A program made the position numbers and the translations under genes. Positions 41,914 through 53,508 of a stretch of 64,000 nt of DNA are shown here, in pieces; positions within the stretch are counted from its first letter, which is position 1; each line of letters begins with the position of its first letter. The stretch covers positions 104,904,001 to 104,968,000 of the forward strand of contig NC_083278.1 in the NCBI RefSeq assembly GCF_963506605.1, in the 5' to 3' direction. The notes beneath the pieces are model-generated. The model had not been told where the DNA came from and ran no database searches. It saw nothing but the letters and a program-made list of their open reading frames with translations. The stretch comes from Zootoca vivipara. Lineage: Eukaryota.

Positions 41914-43773
41914 TCATTGCTGAAGGCCAAGATAACTTTGTATCAACCCTTGAACTCGAGACAAAATTATTTCATTGGAACTATTGCAATCCTCTGGTCC
42001 ATACGGTGGGTCAATAGTCAACACCCCTGCAACACAGAGTGTTGTTTGTGACTCTCCTTGCTCCCTTACAGGAATATGGTTTTTCTCCAACCAGTTCTTC
42101 AAGCTGCTTTTCTTGTCCTCTAGCTCCTCTTGACTGTAGGTTTGGCTTTCTCCAGGCATGAATAGGTGGGCAAGTTTCTCTTTCATAGCATCAGATGCTT
42201 CGGACAATATCTTCACGTCTTGCACTGCATGCCCCAAGATGCCTGAAATAGACACTTTTCCATTCTCAAGTGGATTTGCCAGGAGAATGCTGTCAAGAAA
42301 AGGAGTTCACATAAAGTTTTGCAACTCAGCAAAAAAGGCCTACAGAAATCTTACATGCTAAACGCTATCAAGTTTATACTCAAAATGTTGGAGTTGCAAT
42401 ACCATCCCAGGCTGATCCCATTACATCACACCAACAAAAAGTGCAAGTTGTTATGCCAACATTAGCTATCGTTACCAGCAGTCTTATTGTCTGAAAATGT
42501 TGTTACTAGGGTCAGTTCACCTACATACAAAATCCTTAAAAATATTTCAGCTAGCCAGTGCCTATTGTACAATAAGCAATGCATGCCAGGTGTCATTGTT
42601 CATAGGACTTTTCCCCACTGTTGCACATTTTTCAAGCACTAAAATACAAATCTATATAAAGAAATGCGTTCCCTCAAAGTAACACCCTCCCAAACCAGTG
42701 ACATTTACCATAGTTCAATAGCATCCATGTATTCAGCCACTGAAAATTGAAAGGTCCAACTCAGCCCTTATAGCAATTGGGATGCAGAAATACTAAAACC
42801 ATTTCTTTTTGGAAGAACAGAGGTTTCAGTTGGTGTATCACAGTAATTCCTAGTTGCTAAACTTTTTCCCCTCTGTGGTATATACAAAACCTCAAGCTAA
42901 TGAAGAATCTCATTAAACTGAAGTGGCAAGTACTGTAAATAAAACCAATCTATTGTAGGTGCATTTGGTCTTATAAACCAACCCCAATTCTTTTAACCTT
43001 GCCCATCCCTAACATTTTTTAGACCATGCACCATTTTAAAATGGCTAATATTAACTAGGACTATTATGGAAGAAAAATGTTTCAAGGCATATACAGTAGA
43101 GTGAGTTGCTACCCACATCTTTAAAAAAAAGAGATTTGTTAACAAACATACTGTACAAAAAAGTGCAAACATAGGAACGAAAACAAAAAATCAAAGATCC
43201 CACATTCTTAGGCAACTGTGGAATACCACTGCTAAACCTTAACACTAATGATCATACTGCCTCAATTTTACCAGTGCAGAAAACTTATATGATGCTACCT
43301 CAAACATTTCCCACTTTTCCCCTTCTACTTGTTCAGCTGTCCTATTTATGAGAATATCAGTGTAAAGAATTAATTGCTGGGCAAAGTTTCTAGTTGTTGG
43401 TGTGAACAGAAATTCTGAAGTGTGAAGGCAGACAACATCAGGCAGCAGCAACAACAGGCTAACCGCATGCTAAGTAGAAAGTAAATTTTACATATATTTT
43501 AAAGATTTTTTTTTCTACTAATGGTTGTGCTTCCCCCTTCCCCTCCCAATTCTTGTTCTGATTCATGGTTTTGAAAATAAAATAAATTTTGATACATCTC
43601 TCTCTCTGGGTATCACAGTTCCATTCATACCAAACTCCTGCTTACTTGGCAGACACTGGATCGACTGTTAAAACCCATCCTTTATACTTCTGTTTCTCAG
43701 CAGCCAGAACTTCAATTTCTTTATTCACATAAGACAGCCATTCCAAAGGTGTCTTCCTCTGCCACTCAGTCAT
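41914..43773 (-). CDS. GEMIN6: Gem-associated protein 6 (SMN complex, Sm-like fold); exons 43773-43646 and 42289-41914, 167 aa
   Basis: Translation MTEWQRKTPLEWLSYVNKEIEV...YKGWVLTVDPVSAN/ILL...LCVAGVLTIDPPYGPEDCNSSNEIILSRVQGLIQ... with a phase-2 GT-AG intron. It converges on DHX57 as in mammals. A candidate non-coding first-exon donor (G|GTGAGT, minus strand) lies near 44605. Confidence 0.96.
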
Positions 43774-45410
43774 ATTTCCTATTTGCTGAACTTAATGAGA
43801 AAACAAAAAACATACTGATCTACAAAAGTTGATAAAGCTGTCTGTTAAAACAATGTCTAGATATCCCGCTCATATTTAGAAGTTAGGAACAACAGCACAA
43901 TCCTAGATATGTTTATTTTATTTTTCATTTACTAATTTTGTATACTGTTCTTCCTTCAAAGATCATAGGGCTGTTCACAACATAAAAAATGAGAACACAA
44001 AATACATATTAACCGAAAACCAATAACCTCCTTCCCACAAAAAAACATTTATAAGGCCATAGAATGTTAAACAGCCAAAAGTAAGAAGCAAAATTTAAAA
44101 AATAAGGTTTACAATCTAACATAATTAAGCTTTATATTGACGTTAGAGAAATAATAATAATAATAATAATAATATATTTATACCCCGCCCATCTGGCTGG
44201 GTTTTCCCAGCCACTCTAGGCAGCTTCCAGGAGGATACTGTATTAAAATACAATAATCTATTAAGCATTAAAAGCTTCCCTAAACAGGACTGCCTTCAGA
44301 TGTGAAGATGTCAAGAAATGCAGTAAGGGCACTAAGTATCACAGCTAAACATATCTTCCACCCACTCTTTTTATACTCGAGATCAGGGCATGTTTCTCCA
44401 AAGAATAATCTTACTGTGCAATAATAAAGTGTTATTCAACCCGAAGCGAGAGCATGTTTTGGAAAGACTTGCACTTGCAGCGCAGAAGTTTATTTGGAAT
44501 CTAGAGCTCCCGCGTTCATCCACACAGTTCTTGCTTCTTCTCTGCCTTAATGCCCATAAAAGAGGCACGGAGCCGGATCAACAACATTTTTACATCGCAC
44601 TCACCGCTAAAGATGAAATGTGGGTTTCCTTGTAATCCAGCCGGTAAAGAAGGAGAGGCATTCAGGTGAAAAGCATGCAATGTTTCGCTCCCGTCGTCAT
44701 TGCTTGGGCCCAGAATGCATCGGGTTGTAGTTTCAAGTTCTTCCTCTGCGAAAAAGCAATATCCGGAAACAGCTGCTTACGGGCAGCCCCTTCATTCATG
44801 GCATGTTCACTCCCATCTCACACCCTAAGAATAACCGCGCTCAGCAAGCAGCCCCGCAAAATGAGCTGGCAGAGCTCGGGAGTTTAAGCAATCGGGTAGC
44901 AAGTGATATTTACCCTATTTAGCTTACTTCTCCCCCTCTCGTTGCCTAAGGTTAAAAAGAAAATTAAAAGCCGATTCAGAGTGCAAATCCTAATACTGTA
45001 GATGACTAATCAGACGCAACTCCTGTTAAATTTAGTGGGTACGTGTTATTAGTTTTCCAGAGTGCGAATGCAAAATAAATTTGTTCGGATTGTCGCCCTT
45101 AATCCAGCGAGTAAGCCTAGAATTGCAGCTTCAAGGGACTTTTTTAAAGGCACGATTTAAAAAAGCTTTTGTAATAGTCCCAGGATGAGGGTCACAATAT
45201 TTTAAAGCAAGGAGGGTGTTTGTTTATGTTACTGTAGAATAGTAGCATTTTCCTACTATTATATAATAATAATAATAATATTTTTATTACATTTGTTAGT
45301 CGCTTTATTTTACCCAAGGCAACTCAGAGCGACTTACAACCAATCTAGCCAGTTTGCATTGCATGAAGTAGCCCAAAACAGTGGGCCAGGTTTCAATCCT
45401 ATATAGTCTT

Positions 45411-45660
45411 AAAGGTAAAAGTAAAGGGACCACTGACCATTAGGTCCAGTCGCGAATGACTCTTGGGTTGCGCCGCTCATCTCGCTTTACTGGCCAAGGG
45501 AGCCAGCGTACAACTTCCGGGTCACGTGCATAGCTGCCAAGTTTTCCCTTTTCTCGCGAGGAAGCCTATTCAGCATAAGGGAAAATCCCTGTAAAAAAGG
45601 GATAACTTGGCAGCTATGGTCACGTGGCCAGCATGACTTCTGATCGGCAAGCCCTAGGCT
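45411..45660 (-). mobile_element. Sauria SINE fragment interrupted by a 90-bp hAT MITE
   Basis: Matches the 58628-58981 copy on both sides of the insert. Confidence 0.88.
45529..45618. mobile_element. 90-bp hAT-type MITE
   Basis: Perfect 15-bp TIR CATAGCTGCCAAGTT/AACTTGGCAGCTATG; 8-bp TSD GTCACGTG. Confidence 0.92.
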
Positions 45661-46094
45661 ACAAATCCCATCATCCCTAGTTAACAGGACCAGCGGTCAG
45701 GGATTATGGGAACTGTAGTCTAAAAATAGCTAGAGACCAGAGTTTGGGAGGCCCTGGTTTAATTGAACTTGGGTTAGCTTCTGACATAAACATGCATAGA
45801 AATAGAGCATTACACTGACTCTCGAGTCAGCTCTATTGAACGTAGTGAGAATGACACCTGAGAAAACCGACAGCGGAGTGCACCATTAATGTTCTGCCTT
45901 TTGCATACTAGTGTTACGAGGAATCTCTTTCCTCCTCAGAAAATGAAGTTCAGTTTAGAGGAAGCTGAGGAAATCCCCTCAAGCCCCACGAATGCACGGT
46001 CGCACTTAAGTAACACTAAACGAATGCCATTATTTTCCGACAGGCTCTTTAATCTGGTGTGATGCCTGGAGTGAAGAAAACTGACAGATGTTCT

Positions 46095-46896
46095 AGTTAC
46101 AGGTAGGTAGCTGTGTTGGTCTGAGTCGAAGCAAAATAAAAAATTTCCTTCAGTAGCACCTTAAAGACCAACTAAGTTTTTTTTTGGTATGGGCTTTTGT
46201 GTGTGTTAGGGAATTTTATGGGGGGGGGGAATCAAGATTGGCACAAATGCCCTCAAGGGGACCCTGTCTGATCCTACAACACCACTCTAGTATCGCACCA
46301 ACATGAACCCCTCAAGATCAAGCCCTGTGTAATAAAGGCTCCCTTTCCTACCCTTTCTCTGTTGCCTGAGACTCTATGTAACCATATTTCTTTATGAATG
46401 AATACTGTGTATTTGCGACTCTGGCCAAGGGCTCTCAGGGATGCAGGGAACAGCCATAATCCTTTAAGCGAGAGGTCACGTAGCCAGGGTGGTGCTCCTC
46501 TGCATATCCATAATCCATTCAGGTACCATCTCCGGCCATTCCCCACCCTCCGAAGCCAGAGGCAATACACACACCTGGACCCATTGTTCCCCCCCCCCAG
46601 GTACTCAAGGATCCCCTCCCAGATACTTACTGGTACTTGCTTATCAATGTCCTGGGACATCGCACATTGTTACCTTATGTTAATCCTGTTTACCTCCTGT
46701 TTACCTGTATGCTAATGCCCCTTGCACCTTCCCCTTTTCTGACATTTTACCCTGTCACAAGTTATGTATGCATGATGCTTTCGATTCTCGCACTCAGAAT
46801 TTTGCCCTAACAGTGTGCATGCACACGAAAGCTCATAACAAAATAAAAACTTAGTTGGTCTTTAAGGTGCCACTGAAGGATTTTTTTTTATTTTGC
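46095..46896. mobile_element. Penelope-like fold-back remnant interrupted by a solo LTR
   Basis: Arms nearly identical to 20535-20751; 10-bp TSD CAGATGTTCT. Confidence 0.8.
46204..46812. mobile_element. Solo LTR, 609 bp
   Basis: TGTTAGGG...CCCTAACA termini (TG...CA with short inverted ends) and a 5-bp TSD GTGTG. Confidence 0.82.
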
Positions 46897-47099
46897 CAGA
46901 TGTTCTGTTATTGTTCATTTTATTCAGAAGGCTCTCACGTTCTTATTCGCTGTTGGCTTGAGGTCCTTGGGCGCAGTGTAAAAAATAAACCACCTTTTAA
47001 AAAGTTAACAGCCATCGATTTCCCAATGGACAACATAGAAATATTGATTTACCAGGAGGTGGTAGCAGAATTTGAGGGCGCCCCTGAACCCTTCACTCG

Positions 47100-47293
47100 T
47101 CCTTGAGCAACCCCCTAAAAAAAATTCAGTGCGGACCAAACTTCCCGAACGCGCAAATATATTAAAATCCACTTCCACCCCGGGAAGCCACCCTTGGAAA
47201 TCTGAGTGAAATGTTGCTGAGCGGCGTCCGGTGGGGCGCTCGAAACTTAGCCAGAAGGGCGGGGTATAAATATAAATATAATAATAATTATAT

Positions 47294-47347
<54 letters not shown>

Positions 47348-48400
47348 CCCGAGTAAACGGCACGTGTTTTCAAACGGGCAAATTACACCCGCAGGCAATA
47401 CTGTAACCGCATTCTCAAAATGGAGACTGGCTCAGCCTCCGCTCCCTCCCTCCCTCCTTCCAGCCTGGCGTTGCTACGGAAACCAAAAGCTGACTCTCTT
47501 CCCGCCTCGCCGGCCCGCGGCGACCTGGCGATTGTTACGCGCATGCGCTCCAACGGCACGTCCTATATAAGGCCCCGCGAGCCCGCATGCGCGTGGAGTC
47601 GGTTGGGCTTTCCCCCCCTGTTCGGGCGAAGATGTCGCGGTATGGCCGTTACGGTGGAGGTGAGTGGCGCGAGCTGGGAGAAGCGGGTGGAGAAGAGACC
47701 GCAGCGACGCCTCTCTTTGCCTCTTCTCGAGGCCCCGCTTAGCTAAATCCGCGGTGCTCAGGCCGTATTCCGTGTCGGCTGCGGCTGCGGCGGCGAAGAA
47801 GCCCGTTAAGCGGCAAAGTGCCGCCGACGCCGCCATTTTGCACAGGCATGGTCGCCGGCTGCGCTGAGGAGAAAGCGGCCCCCAGGTTAGGCGCTGTGTC
47901 GTTTCGGACGTTGGAACTGCGTCGCTGGCTGGTGTGAGGGGACGACTCCCCTCGGAGTAACGGCGGACGGGGCTTGTGGCCGGACCTGGCGGGGTTTGTT
48001 TTTCCTCCCTTCGGCGCTACTGACGCTGCGCGGGCAAAATGGAGGCGGCGCCAAAGATGGCGGCGCCCAGGGCTGCTCCACTCGCCTTTGGCAGCGAGGA
48101 GGAAATGGGCGGGCTGGCTGGGGGAAGAAGCCGCGAGGGCGGCACCGCGGCGGTACGTTTGGCGGAGCCGTCGGCGGAGAGTGGGCGGCGCGAGGGCGGA
48201 GAAGCGGCGCCGGAGGGCGCGAAGGGCAGTTGCCGCTGCTGGCGCTTCCTCTGCCGGTTGCCTGATCGTTGGCGCGCTTTCCAGGAGCCTCTAATAAAGG
48301 GAGTGGCGGCCCTATTGAGCTCCGCAACTTCTGCCGTGTTCCCCTTTCTCCTTGAACACGCGCCTGCTTAAACTTTCGTGCCCCGAAGTATGTGAAATGC
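47100..48400 (+). promoter_or_regulatory. SRSF7 CpG-island promoter and intron 1: X-box-like 47470-47483, NRF1 47539-47548, TATA 47564-47570, YY1 sites 47829-47840, 48035-48046, 48054-48065
   Basis: GTTGCTACGGAAAC, GCGCATGCGC, TATATAA about 65 nt before the ATG, GCCGCCATTTTG, CAAAATGGAGGC and AAGATGGCGGCG, all in very CpG-rich DNA. Confidence 0.8.
47295..47345. repeat. (AAT)n microsatellite upstream of SRSF7
   Basis: Direct observation; similar arrays at about 44150-44173, 59620-59663 and 63849-63893. Confidence 0.97.
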
Positions 48401-51400
48401 GCTTCTATGCGGGTTTTTTTAAATTAATTGCTTTGAGTATCTCGAGTATAACACCCAATTAGATGGACGGGAAAACTTGGAGAAATCTTGTGCGTTTGAT
48501 ACAGGGTGTCGGTATAATAGTATTTTTCTCCTTGCTGTCGCTTTGGCGTGGGCCCTTCCCCTCCCCCTCTATAAGCTGCCAGCATAGATACCTGCGTTTA
48601 TGATGGTTGCAACCCTGCTTTTGCGGTTCAGTGGGAGTGCAGTTTGGCAAGTGAAGTGAACATGAATACATAGATAGCAGTGAAATTGGCTTAAGACTAT
48701 TTTCTTTTAACTTTCTAAAAAAATTCTTTTTTCTTTTGTGTGTGTAGAAACCAAAGTATATGTTGGTAATCTAGGAACTGGTGCTGGTAAAGGTGAACTT
48801 GAGAGAGCTTTCAGCTACTACGGACCATTACGCACAGTGTGGATTGCGCGAAATCCTCCAGGATTTGCATTTGTTGAGTTTGAAGACCCAAGAGATGCTG
48901 AAGATGCAGTTCGTGGGCTAGATGGAAAGTATGTGCAAGTGCTAACTGGTTATCTACAAAGGAACTAAAACTGAATTCTGAGTCCATAGTTGGATTATTA
49001 AATATGTGTTTCTGTTGCAGAGTGATCTGTGGCTCTAGGGTTAGAGTGGAGTTATCAACCGGTATGCCACGCAGGTCTCGCTATGATAGACCCCCAGCAC
49101 GCCGGCCATTTGATCCTAATGATAGATGTTATGAGTGTGGCGAGAAAGGTCATTATGCTTATGACTGTCATCGCTACAGTCGTCGGAGAAGAAGCAGGTA
49201 TGCGTAGATATAAGCAGATTAGTTTTCAGCAGTTAATCATAGTTTTTATTGGCAAAGAAGGTAATGATACACCATTTTAAAAGTAAATGTTATAATTATG
49301 TGGGTATATTACAGTTGTTTATATTTTGTGTTNNNNNNNNNNNNNNNNNNNNNNNNNNNNNNNNNNNNNNNNNNNNNNNNNNNNNNNNNNNNNNNNNNNN
49401 NNNNNNNNNNNNNNNNNNNNNNNNNNNNNNNNNNNNNNNNNNNNNNNNNNNNNNNNNNNNNNNNNNNNNNNNNNNNNNNNNNNNNNNNNNNNNNNNNNNN
49501 NNNNNNNNNNNNNNNNNNNNNNNNNNNNNNNNNNNNNNNNNNNNNNNNNNNNNNNNNNNNNNNNNNNNNNNNNNNNNNNNNNNNNNNNNNNNNNNNNNNN
49601 NNNNNNNNCCTNNNNNNNNNNNNNNNNNNNNNNNNNNNNNNNNNNNNNNNNNNNNNNNNNNNNNNNNNNNNNNNNNNNNNNNNNNNNNNNNNNNNNNNNN
49701 NNNNNNNNNNNNNNNNNNNNNNNNNNNNNNNNNNNNNNNNNNNNNNNNNNNNNNNNNNNNNNNNNNNNNNNNNNNNNNNNNNNNNNNNNNNNNNNNNNNN
49801 NNNNNNNNNNNNNNNNNNNNNNNNNNNNNNNNNNNNNNNNNNNNNNNNNNNNNNNNNNNNNNNNNNNNNNNCTAAAATGTTATTCAGTTTAACATCTTTT
49901 TTAGGTAGTAAAAATACTCAAGACATAGGCCCTGATTTTTTTCAACGTACAAGACACTAATTTTTAATTATCTGATATTTTGGCTTTGGCAAAGGCTCAC
50001 ATGTTAACTGTTAAACTTGTGGTCTAATACTTCTCTTATCTAACCTAAAACTAGGTCACGGTCTCGATCTCATTCAAGGTCCAGAGGAAGGAGATATTCT
50101 CGCTCACGTAGCCGAAGTCGTGGCCGGAGGTGAGTATCAAAATTGAAACAAGGTGCTTTAGTTTAAAAATCAGAATGACATATTTGTAACAGCCACCTCT
50201 CTTTTAGATCCAGGTCTGTCTCTGCTCGGAGATCCAGATCACTCTCCCCTCGGAGATCCAGATCTGTCTCGCCACGCAGATCCCGTTCAGGATCTTTAAA
50301 AAGATCAAGGTAATTTTGCGAATAAGCTTAATGTTCATGGAGTCAATTTAATTATCCTTAGTATCTTAATACTTTTGCCCGATATTCAAAGCAGCTTACA
50401 AAAGAAAAAGGAAATGTAGGCAATATTTTTTTAAAAAAAACCTATAAATAAATGCAACAATGATAGAATCATACATATATCTCTGAAGAAAAGAACATCT
50501 GGGCATCATATGTTCTAAGTTTCCTCCAGAATGAATAGAATTAATGAACTTTGTATATTGCTGTGACTGCATGCCGACAACCTTGTTTCATGACAGCTTT
50601 CATTCACCTGCATAGATGTGTTAAGAGCTTGGAATTGAGTGCCTTCTCTTTAAAACCTAGGTCTCGGTCAAGGTCAAGATCCAGGTCCAGGTCCGTTTCA
50701 CGACCCAGAAGCAGGTAAACTTCGATGCTTTGTAAAATAGTAATTAGTAATTAGCTGGATTATGTGAAATGGGCATTTTTCTAAATGGTAATCACTTTCA
50801 AATGCCTCTTGCAATGCTTTAATCGAAAACATCAATGTCTACTATACACACAGGCTTATGCTTTGAATGCAGGTTCATTTAGCCTACTCTATGCATTTAA
50901 GTAGTTTAGAAGCAATCTTTGTGGCTCTCAAGTATTCAGCATCAAAATAACCAATTGCAAGGTGTTACCAGCTTCTTTCATGCTTTTATTTTAAAACCGA
51001 TAAATCATGGCTATACATCAGGGGTAGTTAACCTGTGGCCTTCCAGCTATTGTTGGACTCCAACTCCCATCAGTCTCAGTCAGCATAGGCAGTGGTCAGG
51101 GATGATGGGAGTTGTATTCCAGTAACATCTGTAGGTCCACTGGTTTCCCTCCCTGGCTGTAGATACTGGATCAGTCTAGTGTTTGCTAATGTGATGTAAT
51201 TGATGCTGTTTTAACAGCCGTTCCAAATCAAGATCACCATCTTTAAAGAGAAGGTAAGCTAAGCCTCTGAAGGAGACATATATTGCATTTTACGCAGATA
51301 ACAATCGAAATAAAGTTTATAACAGTGTTGCATATCCTGGATTCACAGTTCTACATTTAAAACATTAAAATAATGTTACTAAATGTTAAAATTCCTACAA

Positions 51401-52326
51401 TGTTTGAAATGTAGAGCTGTGATTTGTTTACAGCTCATAATAGTTTTTAGGGTATTTTTAAAAGTGAAATAATGGGAGATCATCCATGAAATAGGGTAAA
51501 AGCACAAAAACTGGCATCTGTTGGGAAAGTGAGTGATTACTATTCACCCGGGGGTCTGAGGAACTGTGGCAGGCCACTTAAGTGTAATAAATATTTTCTC
51601 TTAAGCAAATTTAAGATTTAACCAAAGTCCAGAACCATTCTCAAAAAGAGTGTTTAATACTACTACTACTACTAATAATAATAATAATACAGCATATTAA
51701 TAATGATGGAGCATATTACCTGGCTATGTTAATGGACAATAAATGTAAATGGCTCAAAGGTTAAACCGAGAAGGTTTATAGTTGTGACTGAAACCTTCAG
51801 GAAATTGGCAGGACAATCTCTAGACATTGAACAGCAGCTAGCTGTTACTTAATAGTAGACTGTGTCAGAATTTAGTTCCTCATGAGTATATGTGTTTAAA
51901 AGCATTTTTACTTGATTTAATATTCAGTCTTGCTTTTTCAGTTTTGATATGAGCCATTTATATCCATTCTCCATTAACTCGGGGTAAGTATGCTTCTTGA
52001 ACACTGCAAGAGAGCTTGGTAATACTTCCTGTGGGAATGGGGGTGCATGCAAACTTTTAAGTTTGCTTCAGTATTTAACATTAAGAGCTTGTAGCCTTCA
52101 ATTCCAACTAACATCCTCTTCTAAAGCAGCATCCAAATAGGTGCTAGGGTTAAAATTACTAATGTGCAGGTAGCATGGATCCCCTTTTAAGAACACTAAT
52201 TATTAATTTCCATTTTTTACTAATTTTAACATTGAGTAACCTAGTGACTTCGTTTTTCCCTTTATTTTTAGTCGTTCGCCATCAGGAAGCCCTCGAAGGA
52301 GTGTGAGTCCTGAAAGACTGGATTAG
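47632..52326 (+). CDS. SRSF7: Serine/arginine-rich splicing factor 7 (9G8), 8 coding exons, 235 aa
   Basis: Exons 47632-47659, 48748-48928, 49021-49197, 50055-50129, 50208-50309, 50661-50714, 51218-51253, 52272-52326. Protein: [22 protein letters not shown] (RNP1 PGFAFVEF), zinc knuckle [14 protein letters not shown], and an RS domain ending SPERLD*. Confidence 0.98.
49333..49871. other. Two N blocks (49333-49608 and 49612-49871) separated by CCT, inside SRSF7 intron 3
   Basis: Seen directly. The position matches the highly conserved, poison-exon-containing intron of vertebrate SRSF7. Confidence 0.95.
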
Positions 52327-52557
52327 AATTGCAAAGAACATGATAGGAAGAATTTTGTTTACGTTATTTTAAGGGATTTCTTTGTTATTGACAAATGTAA
52401 GGATTTAGTTGATTGAAAACCTTTTCTAGGGCTAACGCAGCAAGGATCTTGATCTTCTAGTAAAATCTGTAAAAGCTGCTACATTAGACTAGTGCACAAT
52501 TTCTGTATGTAATAACATCCTGTGATCTGAAAAGTGGGTCTTTTTATGGGCACATGA

Positions 52558-53508
52558 AATAAAATGTGTGTTTCTAACTTTGCTGTAATGCTATTTGCTT
52601 CTGTTAATATTTCAAGTGCATGTTAAAAGCAGATTACAGATAATTTAGAGTTGTACACAAATACTGTGCAAGGGTATTGGCTAAAAATACCCAGGCGGGC
52701 ATCAAGCTTAAGTGTGACATTTAATTTGGTGCTTCAGGCTTTCTGGGGTGTTATGACTTGCAAGGGTATTTTTAAGGAAGCTGCTTGTCCATCTGATTCT
52801 GTAATGGTATTTACACAAGTGTTGGAGTTTGACCTGTTAACTTGTAAAATCAAGTTGGCTTGCTTAGCAGAATACTCTTATGACATATCACCACAGGAAC
52901 AATTATCTTAAATGAGGCACCCATAAGTTTTATTCAAATTGCCATTTTGTTGGAGTTCCATCTGGGATACCAAGAAAGTAGTGTAAGCAACGGGCTTTTC
53001 CCAAGGTATTTTGGATACAAGGTAACAGTGAATTCAAAGCAGAATCTGATCTTGTGAAAGTAGTTTCTATCTCCCTGGTTCACTTACTCTTTCTCCCTTA
53101 ATGAAAACAGGATGCTAGCTTGAAGACTGTATCTTCACTGACAGCTTAAATTGCATCTTAGCAGCTCCCTTAGCAGGGCAAAATTTAGCTATAATTGAGC
53201 TGTATCACAATGGCAAACAGAAATGCTGAAATCAAACATACACCTTTATCAAAGATATGTCTCATCTGGAAATGCCTGCTGCTTAACTGCAATTCCAGTA
53301 TTGTAGAAGTTAGCTTCTAATCTAAAATCTGTGGCTAAATCTAACATACTAAACCTAAGGTTGAACAGAGAGTAACATCTGCTTAACTTCTATGACAGAA
53401 CACCTAGATGGGACTTGAGTGACAAAGTAACTTCAGTTTTTGTTTTAAACTGTCTTGACATGGCTATATTTATGATACTAAATGAATATGCTGTTTCTGA
53501 TAAATAAA
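52558..53508 (+). terminator. Two candidate SRSF7 polyadenylation signals (AATAAA 52558-52563 and 53503-53508)
   Basis: Canonical hexamers downstream of the stop codon; the first is followed by GT/T-rich sequence. Confidence 0.55.

Noticed and set aside
47562-47572. CCTATATAAGG as an SRF CArG box
   Set aside because: It has seven A/T bases rather than six and is better explained as the TATA box.
47211-48371. Several 90-146 aa ORFs on both strands
   Set aside because: CpG-island artefacts; only the 28-nt SRSF7 exon 1 CDS is supported.
49249-49960. Long ORFs spanning the N runs (also 369-840)
   Set aside because: Artefacts of translating N.
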